Shown one piece after another: positions 12,501 to 25,400 of a stretch of DNA of 64,000 nucleotides. The DNA lies in the NCBI GenBank assembly GCA_030390025.1, contig JASTWF010000418.1, positions 186,001 through 250,000 on the forward strand, read 5' to 3'. Source of the DNA: Squalus acanthias. Lineage: Eukaryota. Each line of letters begins with the position of its first letter. Positions within the stretch are counted from its first letter, which is position 1. Below the pieces are notes generated by a model. The model was not told the origin of the DNA, made no database searches, and saw only the letters and a list, made by a program, of their open reading frames with translations. Both the position numbers and the translations under genes were made by a program.

Positions 12501-15500
12501 CAGCAGTGTCACCTCTGAACACTGTAGACACCAGCAGAGGGCCCCCTACATCACCCAAACCATTCACAGCTTTGACCCCTCTGAACACTGTAGACACCAG
12601 CAGAGGGCGCCCTACATCACCCAAACTATTCACAGCAGTGTCCCCATTGAACCCTGTAGACACCAGCAGAGGACAACCCACATGAACCAAACTGTTCAAA
12701 GCAGTGTTCCCACTGAACACTGTAGACACCAGCAGAGGGCACCCTACATCACCATGACTATTCACAGCAGTGTCCCCATTGAACACTGTAGACACCAGCA
12801 GACGGCAACCTACATCACCCAAACTATTCAGAGCAGTGTCCCCACTGAACACTGTAGACACCAGGAGAGGGCAACCTACATCACCCTGACTATTCACAGC
12901 AATGTCCCCATTGAACACTGAAGGCACCAGCAGAGGGCACCCTACATCACCCAAACTGTTCACAGCAGTGTCCCCATTGAACACTGTACACACCAGCAGA
13001 GGGCACCCTACATCACCCTGACTATTCACAGCAGTGTCACCACTGAACACTGTAGACACCAGCAGAGGGCACCCTACATCACCCAAACTATTCACAGTAG
13101 CATCCCCACTGAACACTGTAGACACCAGCAGAGGGCACCCCATATGACCCAAATTGTTCACAGCAGTGTCCCCATTGAACACTGTAGACACCAGCAGAGG
13201 GCACCCTACATCACCCTGACTATTCACAGCAGTGTCCCCACTGAACACTGTAGACACCAGCAGAGGGCACCCCATATGACCCAAATTGTTCACAGCAGTG
13301 TCCCCATTGAACACTGTAGACACCAGCAGAGGGCACCCTACGTCACCCTGACTATTCACAGCAGTGTCCCCATTGAACACTGTAGACACCAGCAGAGGGC
13401 ACCCTACATCACCCGAAATGTTCACAGCAGTGTCCCCTCTGAACACTGTAGACACCAGCAGAGGGCCCCCTACATCACCCAAACCATTCACAGCCTTGAC
13501 CCCTCTGAACACTGTAGACACCAGCAGAGGGCGCCCTACATCACCCAAACTATTCACAGCAGTGTCCCCATTGAACCCTGTAGACACCAGCAGAGGACAA
13601 CCCACATGAACCAAACTGTTCACAGCAGTGTCCCCACTGGACACTGTAGACACCAGCAGAGGGCACCCCACATCACCCAAACTGTTCACAGCAGTGTCCC
13701 AATTGAACACTGTAGACACCAGCAGAGGGCCCCCTATATCACCCAAACTATTCATAAAAGTTTCCCCATGGAACACTGTAGACACCAGCAGAGGGCAACC
13801 GACATCACCCAAACCATTCACAGCAGTGTCCCCACTGAACACTGTAGACACCAGCAGAGGGCACCCTACATCACCCAAACTGTTCACAGCCGTGTCGCCA
13901 CTGAACACTGTAGACACCAGCAGAGGGCAACCTACATCACCCAAACTGTTCACAGCAGTGTCCCCACTGAACACTGTAGACACCAGCAGAGGGCACCCTA
14001 CATCACCCAAACTGTTCACAGCAGTGTCCCCATTGAACACTGTAGACACCAGCAGAGGGCGCCCTACATCATCCTGACTATTCACAGCAGTGCCCCGCTG
14101 AACACTGTAGACACCAGCAGAGGGCACCCCACATCACCCTGACTATTCACAGCAGTGTCCCCATTGAACACTGTAGACACCAGCAGAGGGCACCCTACAT
14201 CACCCGAAATGTTCACAGCAGTGTCCCCTCTGAACACTGTAGACACCAGCAGAGGGCCCCCTACATCACCCAAACCATTCACAGCCTTGACCCCTCTGAA
14301 CACTGTAGACACCAGCAGAGGACGCCCTACATCACCCAAACTATTCACAGCAGTGTCCCCATTGAACCCTGTACACACCAGCAGAGGACATCCCACATGA
14401 ACCAAACTGTTCAAAGCAGTGTTCCCACTGAACACTGTAGACACCAGCAGAGGGCACCCTACATCACCATGACAATTCACAGCAGTGTCCCCACTGAACA
14501 CTGTAGACACCAGCAGACGGCAACCTACATCACCCAAACTATTCAGAGCAGTGTCCCCACTGAACACTGTAGACACCAGCAGAGGGCAACCTACATCACC
14601 CTGACTATTCACAGCAATGTCCCCATTGAACACTGTAGGCACCAGCAGAGGGCAACCGACATCACCGAAACTATTCACAGCAGTGGCCCCATTGAACACT
14701 GTAGACACCAGCAGAGGACGCCTACATCACTCAAACTAATCCCAGCAGTGTCCCCATAGAACACTGTAGACACCAGCAGAGGCACTCTACATCACCCAAA
14801 CTATTCACAACAGTGTCCCCACTGAACACTGTAGACACCAGCAGAGGGCACCCTACATCACATAAACTATTCACAGCAGCGTCCCCACTGAACACGGTTG
14901 GCACCAGCAGAGGGCACCCTACATCACCCAAACTGTTCACAGCAGTATCCCCACTGAACACTGTAGACACCAGCAGAGGGCACCCTACATCACCCTGACT
15001 ATTCACAGCAGTGTCCCCACTGAACACTGTAGACACCAGCAGAGGGCACCCTATATCACCCAAACTGTTCACAGCAGTGTCCCCACTGAACACTGTAGAC
15101 ACCAGCAGAGGGCACCCTATATCACCCAAACTATTCACAGCACCGTCCCCACTGAACACTGTAGACACCAGCAGAGGGCACCCCATATGACCCAAATTGT
15201 TCACAGCAGTGTCCCCATTGAACACTGTAGACACCAGCAGAAGGCACCCTACATCACCCTGAGTATTCACAGCAGTGTCCCCATTGAACACTGTAGTCAC
15301 CAGCAGAGGGCACCCTACATCACCCAAACTGTTCACAGCAGTGTCCCCACTGAACACTGTAGACACCAGCAGAGGGTACACTACATCACCCTGACTATTC
15401 ACAGCAGTGTCCCCATTGAACACTGTAGTCACCAGCAGAGGGCACCCTCCATCACCCAAACTGTTCACAGCAGTGTCCCCACTGAACACTGTAGACACCA

Positions 15501-16040
15501 GCAGAGGGCACCCTATATCACCCAAACTATTCACAGCAGCGTCCCCATTGAACACTGTAGACACCAGCAGAGGACGCCCTACATCACTCAAACTAATCCC
15601 AGCAGTGTCCCCATAGAACACTGTAGACACCAGCAGAGGACGCCCTACATCACTCAAACGAATCCCAGCAGTGTCCCCATAGAACACTGTAGACACCAGC
15701 AGAGGGCACCCTCCATCACCCAAACTATTCACAGCAGCGTCCCCATTGAACACTGTAGACACCAGCAGAGGCACTCTACATCACCCAAACTATTCACAGC
15801 AGTGTCCCCACTGAACACTGTAGACACCAGCAGACGGCACCCCATATGACCCAAACTATTCACAGCAGCGTCCCCATTGAACACTGTAGACACCAGCAGA
15901 GGCACTCTACATCACCCAAACTATTCACAGCAGTGTCCCCACTGAACACTGTAGACACCAGCAGACGGCAACCGACATCACCGAAACTATTCACAGCAGT
16001 GGCCCCATTGAACACTGTAGACACCAGCAGAGGGCGCCCT
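6560..16040. repeat. 66-bp satellite array, about 140 units (CACAGCAGTGTCCCCACTGAACACTGTAGACACCAGCAGAGGGCACCCTACATCACCCAAACTATT)
   Basis: Direct inspection; 22-aa periodic ORFs on both strands. Confidence 0.97.
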
Positions 16041-16322
16041 CCAGCACCCAATTCAATCTTTGCACAAAACCTGTGATGGTGCGAGACTTGCCCCCTTCTG
16101 TTCTGCTGGTTAGAGAGACTCGGCTCCTCCCTTTCTCCTGGTCTGAGTCTCGGCCCCTCCCATTCTGCTGGTCTTAGACTCGGCCCCTCTCTTTCTCCTG
16201 GTCAGTGAGACTCGGCCCCTCCCTTTCTGATGGTCAGTGAGACTCGGCCCCTCCCTTTCTGATGGTCAGTAAGACTCTCCCCTCACTTTCTGCTGGTCTG
16301 AGCTGGACATTGAAATCCGAAG

Positions 16323-16408
16323 CTACCTCTTCTGATCCAGCGACGGGATGGTCTCCATTTGAAGTTCACCCTGTGGCCAGAGACTGTTTCTCTGCATTCG
16401 GTAACTGC
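16323..16408 (-). CDS. Terminal cytoplasmic exon [28 protein letters not shown]
   Basis: Very strong acceptor tttttcctcttctcttccctcacctgcag|; phase-1 frame open to TAG at 16325-16323. Confidence 0.75.
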
Positions 16409-19400
16409 CTGCAGGTGAGGGAAGAGAAGAGGAAAAATATCGGCTTCAGTTTATCAGGAAAATCACACTGAGATCAGTCCCAATGGCCTTGATCTACCTG
16501 TCTGTGTACCTGGGGACTGATCTACCTGTCTGTGTACCTGGGGTCTGACCTACCTGTCTGTGTACCTGGGGTCAGATCCACCTGTCTGTGTACCTGAGGT
16601 CTGATCCACCTTTCTGTGTCCCTGGGGTCTGATCCACCTGTCTGTGTACCTGGGGTCAGATCCACCTGTCTGTGTACCTGAGGTCTGATCCACCTGTCTG
16701 TGTCCATGGGGTCTGATCCACCTGTCTGTGTACCTGGGGTCTGATCCACCTGTCTGTGTACCTGAGGTCTGATCCACCTGTCTGTGTACCTGGGGTCTGA
16801 TCCACCTGTCTGTGTACCTGGGGTCTGAACTACCTGTCTGTGTACCTGGGGTCAGACCTACCTGTCTGTCTGTGTGTTCTTTGTGAGATAAGACCACTCA
16901 CTGTAATTACCGGACTGTAGTCGGACTGCTAATTGCACAGTGATTTCCTCTAGTTCATTCCCGTTACACCCCCTCACACACTCCGAACCTACCCTTTCTC
17001 TTCTGCCTGCAAGTCCTGATGCTGTGGGAAACGCTCAGGATGATGACTGTGTAGACGATCAGCCCGCAGACTGCGAGGAGAATCCAGAGCCAGGCCCAGT
17101 CCCCGAGCTCTCCCCTCAATATCGAGGGCCCTGTGGGGAAGCAGAGGTTGAGAGGTGAGCGTGCTCCTCATCTTGAAACCCCCTTAACATTCAGCAATCT
17201 GCTCAGGGTTATCTGGAGCGCAGAGTGGGGAGTTATTCAGCCGTGGGAGGGCGGAGATGGTTGGACCCCCCCCACCCCACCTCTTTTCAGAGGAGTGGGT
17301 GGGAGGAACATTCACCTCATCAGCCCGTGACCAACACACGGGCGAGATGTGGCTCGGGGGCCTGGGTCGGTGCTGAAAGACACTGAGAATAGCGCGCCAG
17401 AAATCTTCAGGAGCCAGTAACAAGCTTGACTGTCCCAGGGATTGTGTCCTTACATAACAGAGAGGGTTGATGAGGGTAGTGCGGTAGATGTCATATATCT
17501 GGACTTTCAAAAGGCGTTTGATAAAGTACCACATGTTAGCAAAATTTAAGCCCGTGGGATTAAAGGGACAGTGGCAGCATGGATTTGCCGAGGGGACAGA
17601 AAGCAGAGAGTAGTGGTGAATGGTTGTATTCCAGACTTGGGGGGAGTACACAGTGGAGTCCCCCAGGGGTCTGTATTGGGACCACTGCTCTTTTTGATAT
17701 ATATTAATGACCTGGACTTGGATATACAGGGCATCATTTCATAGTTTCTCGATGATACAAAACTCGGAAATGTAGTAAACAGTGAGGAGGATAGTAACAG
17801 ACTTCAGGAGGACACAGACAGACTGGTGGAATGGGCAGACACGTGGCAGATGAAGTTTAATGCAGAGAAGTGTCAAGAGATACATTTTGGTAGGAAGAAT
17901 GAGAGAGGCAATATAAACTAAAGGGTACAATTTGAAAGGGTGTGCAGGAACAGAGAGACCTTGAGGGTGTATGTACACAAGTCTTTGAAGGTGGCAGGGC
18001 AGGTTGAGGAAGCGGTTAAAAAATCATACAGGATCCTCGGGGGAGAAATTCGGTATCGCCCCGTTTGGGGCGCGATTATCGGCCGGGCACAAGGTTTAGC
18101 GCCTGGCGCTAATTATCGCCTCCGACTGCAAACTTGGCTTCTATCGCCCCTGGAGGTGATCGGAGCGCTAAATCAGCGCTACACACCTCTCTTAAGGCAC
18201 TTACGCCGAGGAGCGAGGCGCTACCTCAGAGCGCTGGCGAAGCTCATGTGATGTCAGTCAGCAATGGAACACAGACACACTGGCGCCGGCCAGTTCTGAA
18301 AGGGGAGGGTCGATCTTGCTCTCCATCCACACCCTGCTCATTGCAGCCTTGAATCGCTGCCTGGAGAGACCTGTACATCAAATCTGCTGGAAAGAACAAT
18401 GGAGAGACCAGGGAAAGAGCTCAGAGTGCAGCCCCCACAGTCTCTTCTAAATCGATGCAAGGAAGGTCAAATCAAAATGAACCTGCAAGGTGCTGCTCAG
18501 TACCCAAAACTCCTTCACACAGCATTGAATCTCTCCAGAAGTCTCTCTCTCTCAGAATGCGTGGTGCAAAAATGTCGCCGACAAAAAAAGGCAGGAAGCG
18601 GTCGCCTTTAAATAGCACTCCCCCAGTCCCTTCCCAACTGCAAAACGCTCCCCTCAACTTGTCGTTGCTAGCGGCAGGCGGAAAGGCAGGGGGCGCCACT
18701 CAATATCCGGTCCGGGGCGCTACCGGGGCGTTGCACGCTCGACTGACGTCATGATCTGCGGGCGCAGGAGATCGTGGCGGTAGTGTTTAGCGCCTCCGCA
18801 AAATGTCTGGTCAATTTCGCGAGCGGCGCAAACATCGCCACGCCCGGGCGCTAGTTGCTTTGCGACCCATTAGCGCCCTCTTAGGTGCAAAGCAACTGAA
18901 TTTCTCGCCCCTTGATTTTATAAATAGAGGCACAGAGTACAAAAGCAAGGAAGTAATGCTAAACCTTCATAACACACTGGTTAGGCCTCAGCTGGAGTAT
19001 TGTGTCCAGTTCTGGGCACCGCACTTTAGGAAGAACATCAAGGCCTTTGAGAGGGTGCAGAGGAGATTGACCAGAATGGTACCAGGGATGAGGGACTTCA
19101 GTTACGTGGAGAGACTGGAGAAGCTGCGATTGTTCTCCTTAGAGCAGAGAAGGTTAAGGGGGGATTGACCAGAATGGTACCAGGGATGAGGGTCTTCAGT
19201 TACGTGGAGAGACTGCAGAAGCTGGGATTGTTCTCCTTCGAGCAGAGTAAGGTTAAGAGGATATTTGATGGAGGCGTTGAAAATCATGGAGGGTTTTGAT
19301 AGAGTAAATAAGGAGAAACTGTTTCCCGTGGCAGCAGAATACTTGCAGGGGAAACATTTTCAGGGCTATGGGCAAAGAGCAGGGGGGAGTGGGACTAATT

Positions 19401-22400
19401 GGAGAGCTCTTTCAAAGAGCCGGCACAGGCATGATGGGCCGAATGGCCACCTCCTTCTGTGCAGGTACTATGACACTATGATCTCTGTCCTGCCTCCATG
19501 AAAGGCCACATCCAGACTGACCTTTGAAGACTTAAAAAGCAATTAAAGTGGAGACAAGGGTGTCTAGAATTTCAACCGCCCGTAAGAACTTTATTATCTG
19601 GGTCACATTCCAAGGTATCTTTTAATCAGCGTTCAGCAGTTTGAGTGAACGATTGAGGAGGCGGCTTACACATGTTTACCTTAGGATAGATAACCAATCA
19701 GTGAAGGTGCATGCGGGCCAAGATCCAATCAGGTTGCAGAAATAAATTTTGCATGAGGCTGGACATGTGTATTGTAATGTATAAAAATGTAGTGTTTGCT
19801 GTAACAATTTGGAGAAGTCTGTCTAAAGACAGAGCAGACTGTCTCCCCACCGGTGTAATAAAGACAACCTGACTATCGATCTGAAAACCTTGTGTCGAGT
19901 GTTGGTTTAAAATTCTCCACAACAGGATCTTCGCCACACGGACTGCAGTGGTTCAAGAAGGCGGCCCACCACCACCTTCTCAAGGGCAATTAGGGATGGG
20001 CAATAAATGCCGGCCTTGCCAGCGACGCCCACATCCCAGGAACGAATTTAAAAAAAGAGGAACTGAAACCTGCACTGGTGGAGCAGAAGGAATGGGGGAC
20101 GAGGAGAAGGATGTTGGAGGAGCGATGGGAGGGCGCAGGGTTTTTTTTAAGGAAGGAGGTCACAGACGAAAGGCACGGGGAGGATACGGAGGGAGGCGAT
20201 CGCCAGGGTAAGAGTTTTGAGGTGAGTGGAGCTCGGAGCCTGGGGAGGGTTGGAGAGGACACGGGGCGGTGGGAGAGTGGGAAGACGTGGGCCATTGGGG
20301 GTTTGGGATGAGTTGGAGTTTGCCCAGGTCGGGTTGAGGAGACAGCCCGGAGAGGACTGCGGAGTGACCGGCGAGCGAGTCACGACGCGCGAGGACCGGG
20401 GAGAAGCTCCACCCCCCTCACCAGAGGCTTCTTCACCTCGCTCCTTCCTGAGCACCCGTTCCACCAGTTCTTTCGAGGACCGGTGTCCCACCACACAGGA
20501 GTAGCTCTGGCCCCTCTCCCAGGCTTCTGACGGGACGGAGAGCTGGCTGACGGCGCCGAAGGTCCCGTTGCTGTCTGGGGTCACCGGGAAGGTGGTCCTT
20601 CCACTTGTGACCTCGCTGCCCTGGGTTCTCCAGGTCAAGTACACGTCTCCAGGGTAGAAACCGGACACAAAGCAGGCCAGAGTTGTCGTCCCATCGTTGA
20701 GGGAACCCTCCCGCTGTCCCACTTCCAAGGTGCATATTTCAGGGCTCCTCACCAGCTGGGCTGAAATCACAACAGGAATGGGTTTAGAAATCCCGAGAGG
20801 TGTAGAGAATTTCAGCCCCGGGTCCTGGGAGTCCCCCCATCTGGGACTGCAAACCATCCAGTGAATCACATCCCTCATCAATCCCCCCATCAAAGACCAT
20901 CTCCTGCTAATCTATTCATCACACCAGACCCCCTACCACTCCCATCGAAGCCCATCCCTCCAGTCCCCTAACTCTCCCATCGAAGCCCATCCCTCTAGTC
21001 CCCTAACTCTCCCATCGAAGCCTATCCCTCTAGTCCCCTAACTCTCCCATTGAAGCCCATCCTCTAGTCCCTAACTCTCCCATCGAAGCCCATCCCGCTA
21101 GTCCCCTAACTCTCCCATCGAAGCCATCCCTCAGTCCCCTAACTCTCCCATCGAAGCCCATCTCTCAGGCTCCCTACCTCTCCCATCGAAGCCCATCCCT
21201 CTAGTCCCCTAACTCTCCCATCGAAGCCCATCCCTCCAGTCCCCTAACTCTCCCATCCAAGCCCATCTCTCAGGCTCCCTAACTCTCCCATTGAAGCCCA
21301 TCCCTCTAGTCCCCTACCTCTCCCATCGAAGCCCATTCCTCTAGTCCCCTAACTCTCCCATCGAAGCCCATCCCTCAAGTCACCTAACTCTCCCATCGAA
21401 GCCCATCCCTCCAGTCCCCTAACTCTCCCATCGAAGCCCATCCCTCTAATCCCTGAACTCTCCCATCGAAGCCCTTCCCTCTAATCCCCAAACTCTCCCA
21501 TCGAAGCCCATCCCTCTAATCCCCAAACTCTCCCATCGAAGCCCATACCTCTAGTCCCCTAACTCTCCCATCGAAGCCCATCCCTCAAGTCTCCTAACTC
21601 TCCCATCGAAGCCCATCCCTCTAGTCTCCTAACTTTCCCATCGAAGCCCATCCCTCTAATCCCCTAACTCTCCCATCGAAGCCCATCCCTCTAGTCCCCT
21701 AACTCTCCCATCGAAGCCCATCCCTCTAATCCCCGAACTCTCCCATCGAAGCCCATCCCTCTAGTCTCCCAACCCTAACTAGTTCCCCCCTCACACATGC
21801 CGCCCTCCCCTACCCCAACCCCACCTCCCCTCCCCCTACCCTCTCCATCCCGCCCCCTGCCCCGATCGCTGACTCACCGTCTCCTGCAGTGATCGTGCTG
21901 GTTACTGGGGTTGTCAGGGCCTCGTGTGTAACCTCACAGGTGTAACTGGCCCCCGAACCCCAGTCCTCCCCGGACACCGTCAACTCACTCCTGGACCTGT
22001 AGGTCCCGTCCGGGTTGGCAAGGCACGGCAGAGCCAGGGAGCCGCCGCCCACCTCCGACTCCGCACCGATCCACCGGAAGGATATCGTATCCGGGTAGAA
22101 CCCAGTGGCGGCGCAGGCCAGCGTGGCGGTCTGATTGGTCAGAATCTCCTGGATCGAGGGAGGGACGAGGCGGACGGACGGAGGGGAGGGGGGACGGGCT
22201 GAGGGGGGAAACAAAACATGGATTAGGAGAGAGGAATCTGCGGGAATGAACTCAACGTCACCTGAGGTCCAGAGAGAGAGCTGAAGGGTCCTCGCTCTCT
22301 GATGGGCAGTGGGTCAGAAAGGAGAGTCATGGCTTTATTAATAGAGGCATAGAGTACAAAAGCAAGGAAGTTAAGCTAAACCTTTTATAAATTACTGGTT

Positions 22401-25400
22401 AGGCCTCAACTGCATTATTGTGTCCAATTCTGGGCACCGCACTTTAGGAAGGATGTCAAGGCCTTGGAGAGGGTGCAGAGGAGATTGACCAGAATGGTAC
22501 CAGGGATGAGGGACTTCAGTTACGTGGTGAGACTGGAGAAGCTGGGATTGTTCTCCTTAGAGCAGAGAAGGTTAAGGGGAGATTGACCAGAATGGTGCCG
22601 GGGATGAGAGACTTCAGTTACGTGGAGAGACTGGAGAAGCTGGGATTGTTCTCCTTGGAGCAGAGAAGGTTAAGGGGAGATTGACCAGAATGGTACCAGG
22701 GATGAGGGACTTCAGTTACGTGGAGAGACTGGAGAAGCTGGGGTTGTTCTCCTTAGAGCAGAGAAGGTTAAGAGGAGATTTAATCGAGGTGTTGAAAAAC
22801 ATTAATGGTTTTGATAGAGTAAATAAGGAGAAACTGTTTGCAGTTGCAGGAGGGTTGGTAAGCAGAGGACACAGATTAAGGTAATTGGAAAAAGAACCAG
22901 AGGGGAGATGAGGAAACATCTTTTTACGCAGCGAGTTGTTGTGATCTGGAACGCGCTGCCTGAAAGGGCAGTGGAAGCAGATTCAATAGTAACTTTGAAA
23001 AGGGAATTGGATAAATACTTGAGGGGGAAAAATGTACAGGGCTGTGGGGAAAGAGCAGAGGAGTGGGACTAATTGGAGAGCTCTTTCAAAGAGCCGGCAC
23101 AGGCACGATGGGCCGAATGGCCTCCTTCTGTGCGGGTACTACGATACTTCGATCTCTGTCCTGCCTTCTAAATCCAGAGTGGGAAAGGGAGGGAGTTGGG
23201 GTTAAGAGTTAGAGGTTGAGGTAAGGAGTTACCTGACTGCCTTTCATCACACCTCGGCAGAGAAACCATCAGGTCAGCCAGGAAGGCACCACATCAAAGA
23301 CATAGCAAGATACAACTGAGACAATGAGGTGGGGTCACAGGGGTCTGCTGTCCTTGACTTCAGCAGTCAAGGACATTCAGCCTCGGATCTGCGGGTAAGC
23401 GTTCTCCAAGGCGGCCTTCGAGACACACGACAACGCAAAATCATCGAGCAGAAACTGATCGCCAAGTTCCGCACCCATGAGGACGGCCTCAACCGGGATC
23501 TTGGGTTCATGTCACGCTACATGTAACCCCACCTGACGTAGAGTCATCCAGACTCCAGTCGTCGTTGGCTTGTTCACAGATGTGATTTCCAGTAAAAAAA
23601 AGTAAAAATTTTAAAGTTTATGGTTTTCCATACAGACTGCATTTGACACATTAGACCCCCTGTGACACCACCTCATTGTTTCAGTTGTATCTTGCTATGT
23701 CTTTGATGTGGTGCCTTCCTGGCTGACCTGATTGTTTCTCTGCCGAGGTGTGACGAAAGGCAGTCAGGAAGATTAACTGTAGTCGTCTGACATTGTACGC
23801 TACACAGGCATTGTTCTCTGTCTATATATGCTTTGCCGATTCGTATTCCTTCACTTCACCTGACGAAGGAGCAGCAGCTCCGAAAGCTTGTGATTTCAAA
23901 TAAAACTGTTGGACTATAACCTGGTGTTGTGCGACTTCTCACTTTTTTAAGTCAGAGCAGACTGTCTCCCCACCGGTGTAATAAAGACAACCTGACTATC
24001 GATCTAAAACCTTGTGTCGAGTGTTGGTTTAAAATACTCCACAACAGGACCTTCGCCACATGGACTGCAGCGGTTCAAGAAGGCGGCTCACCACCACCTT
24101 CTCAAGGGCAATTAGGGATGGGCAATAAATGCCGGCCTTGCCAGTGACGCCCACATCCCAGGAACGAATTTAAAAAAGAGGAACTGAAACCTACGCTGGT
24201 GGAGCAGAAGGAATGGGGGACGAGGAGAAGGATGTTGGAGGAGCGATGGGAGGGCGCAGGGTTTTTTTAAGGAAGGAGGTCACAGACGAAAGGCACGGGG
24301 AGGATACGGAGGGAGGCGATCGCCAGGGTAAGAGTTTTGAAGTGAGTGGAGCTAGGAGCCTGGGGAGGGTTGGAGAGGACACGGGGCGGTGGGAGAGTGG
24401 GAAGACGTGGGCCATTGGGGGTTTGGGATGAGTTGGAGTTTGCCCAGGTCGGGTTGAGGAGACAGCCCGGAGAGGACTGCGGAGTGACCGGCGAGCGAGT
24501 CACGACGCGCGAGGACCGGGGAGAAGCTCCACCCCCCTCACCAGAGGCTTCTTCACCTCGCTCCTTCCTGAGCACCCGTTCCACCAGTTCTTTCGAGGAC
24601 CGGTGTCCCACCACACAGGAGTAGCTCTGGCCCCTCTCCCAGGCTTCCGACGGGACGGAGAGCTGGCTGACCGCGCCGAAGGTCCCGTTGCTGTCTGGGG
24701 TCACCGGGAAGGTGGTCCTTCCGCTTGTGACCTCGCTGCCCTGGGCTCTCCAGGTCAAGTACACGTCTCCAGGGTAGAAACCGGACACAAAGCAGGCCAG
24801 AGTTGTCGTCCCATCGTTGAGGGAACCCTCCCGCTGTCCCACTTCCAAGGTGCGTATTTCAGGGCTCCTCACCAGCTGGGCTGAAATCACAACAGGAATG
24901 GGTTTAGAAATCCCGAGAGGTGTAGAGAATTTCAGCCCCGGGTCCTGGGAGTCCCCCCATCTGGGACTGCAAACTATCCAGTGAATCACATCCCTCATCA
25001 ATCCCCCATCAAAGACCATCTCCTGCTAATCTATTCATCACACCAGACCCCCTACCTCTCCCATCGAAGCCCATCTCTCCGGCTCCCTACCTCTCCCATC
25101 AAAGCCCATCCCTCCAGTCCCCTACCTCTCCCATCGAATCCCATCCCTCCAGCTCCCTAACTCTCCCATCAAATCCCATCCCTCTAGTCCTCTAACTCTC
25201 CCATCGAATCCCATCTCTCAGGCTCCCTACCTCTCCCATCGAAGCCCACCCCTCCAGTCCTCTAACACTCCCATCGAAGCCCATCCCTCCAGTCCTCTAA
25301 CTCACCCATCGAAGCCCATCCCTCCGGCTCCCTAACTCTCCCATCGAAGCCCATCCCTCCGGCTCCCTAACTCTCCCATCGAAGCCCATCCCTCCGGCTC

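Noticed and set aside
6370-16076. Very long ORFs (up to 1051 aa) with His/Cys-periodic 22-aa repeats
   Set aside because: They arise from a 66-bp unit (a multiple of 3) that is open on both strands and several frames, are broken by random 1-bp indels, and start inside a LINE remnant. They are not a gene.
16323-16925. ITIM/ITAM in the cytoplasmic tail
   Set aside because: The tyrosine contexts GNYSSY and SSYRMQ lack a hydrophobic L/I/V at +3.
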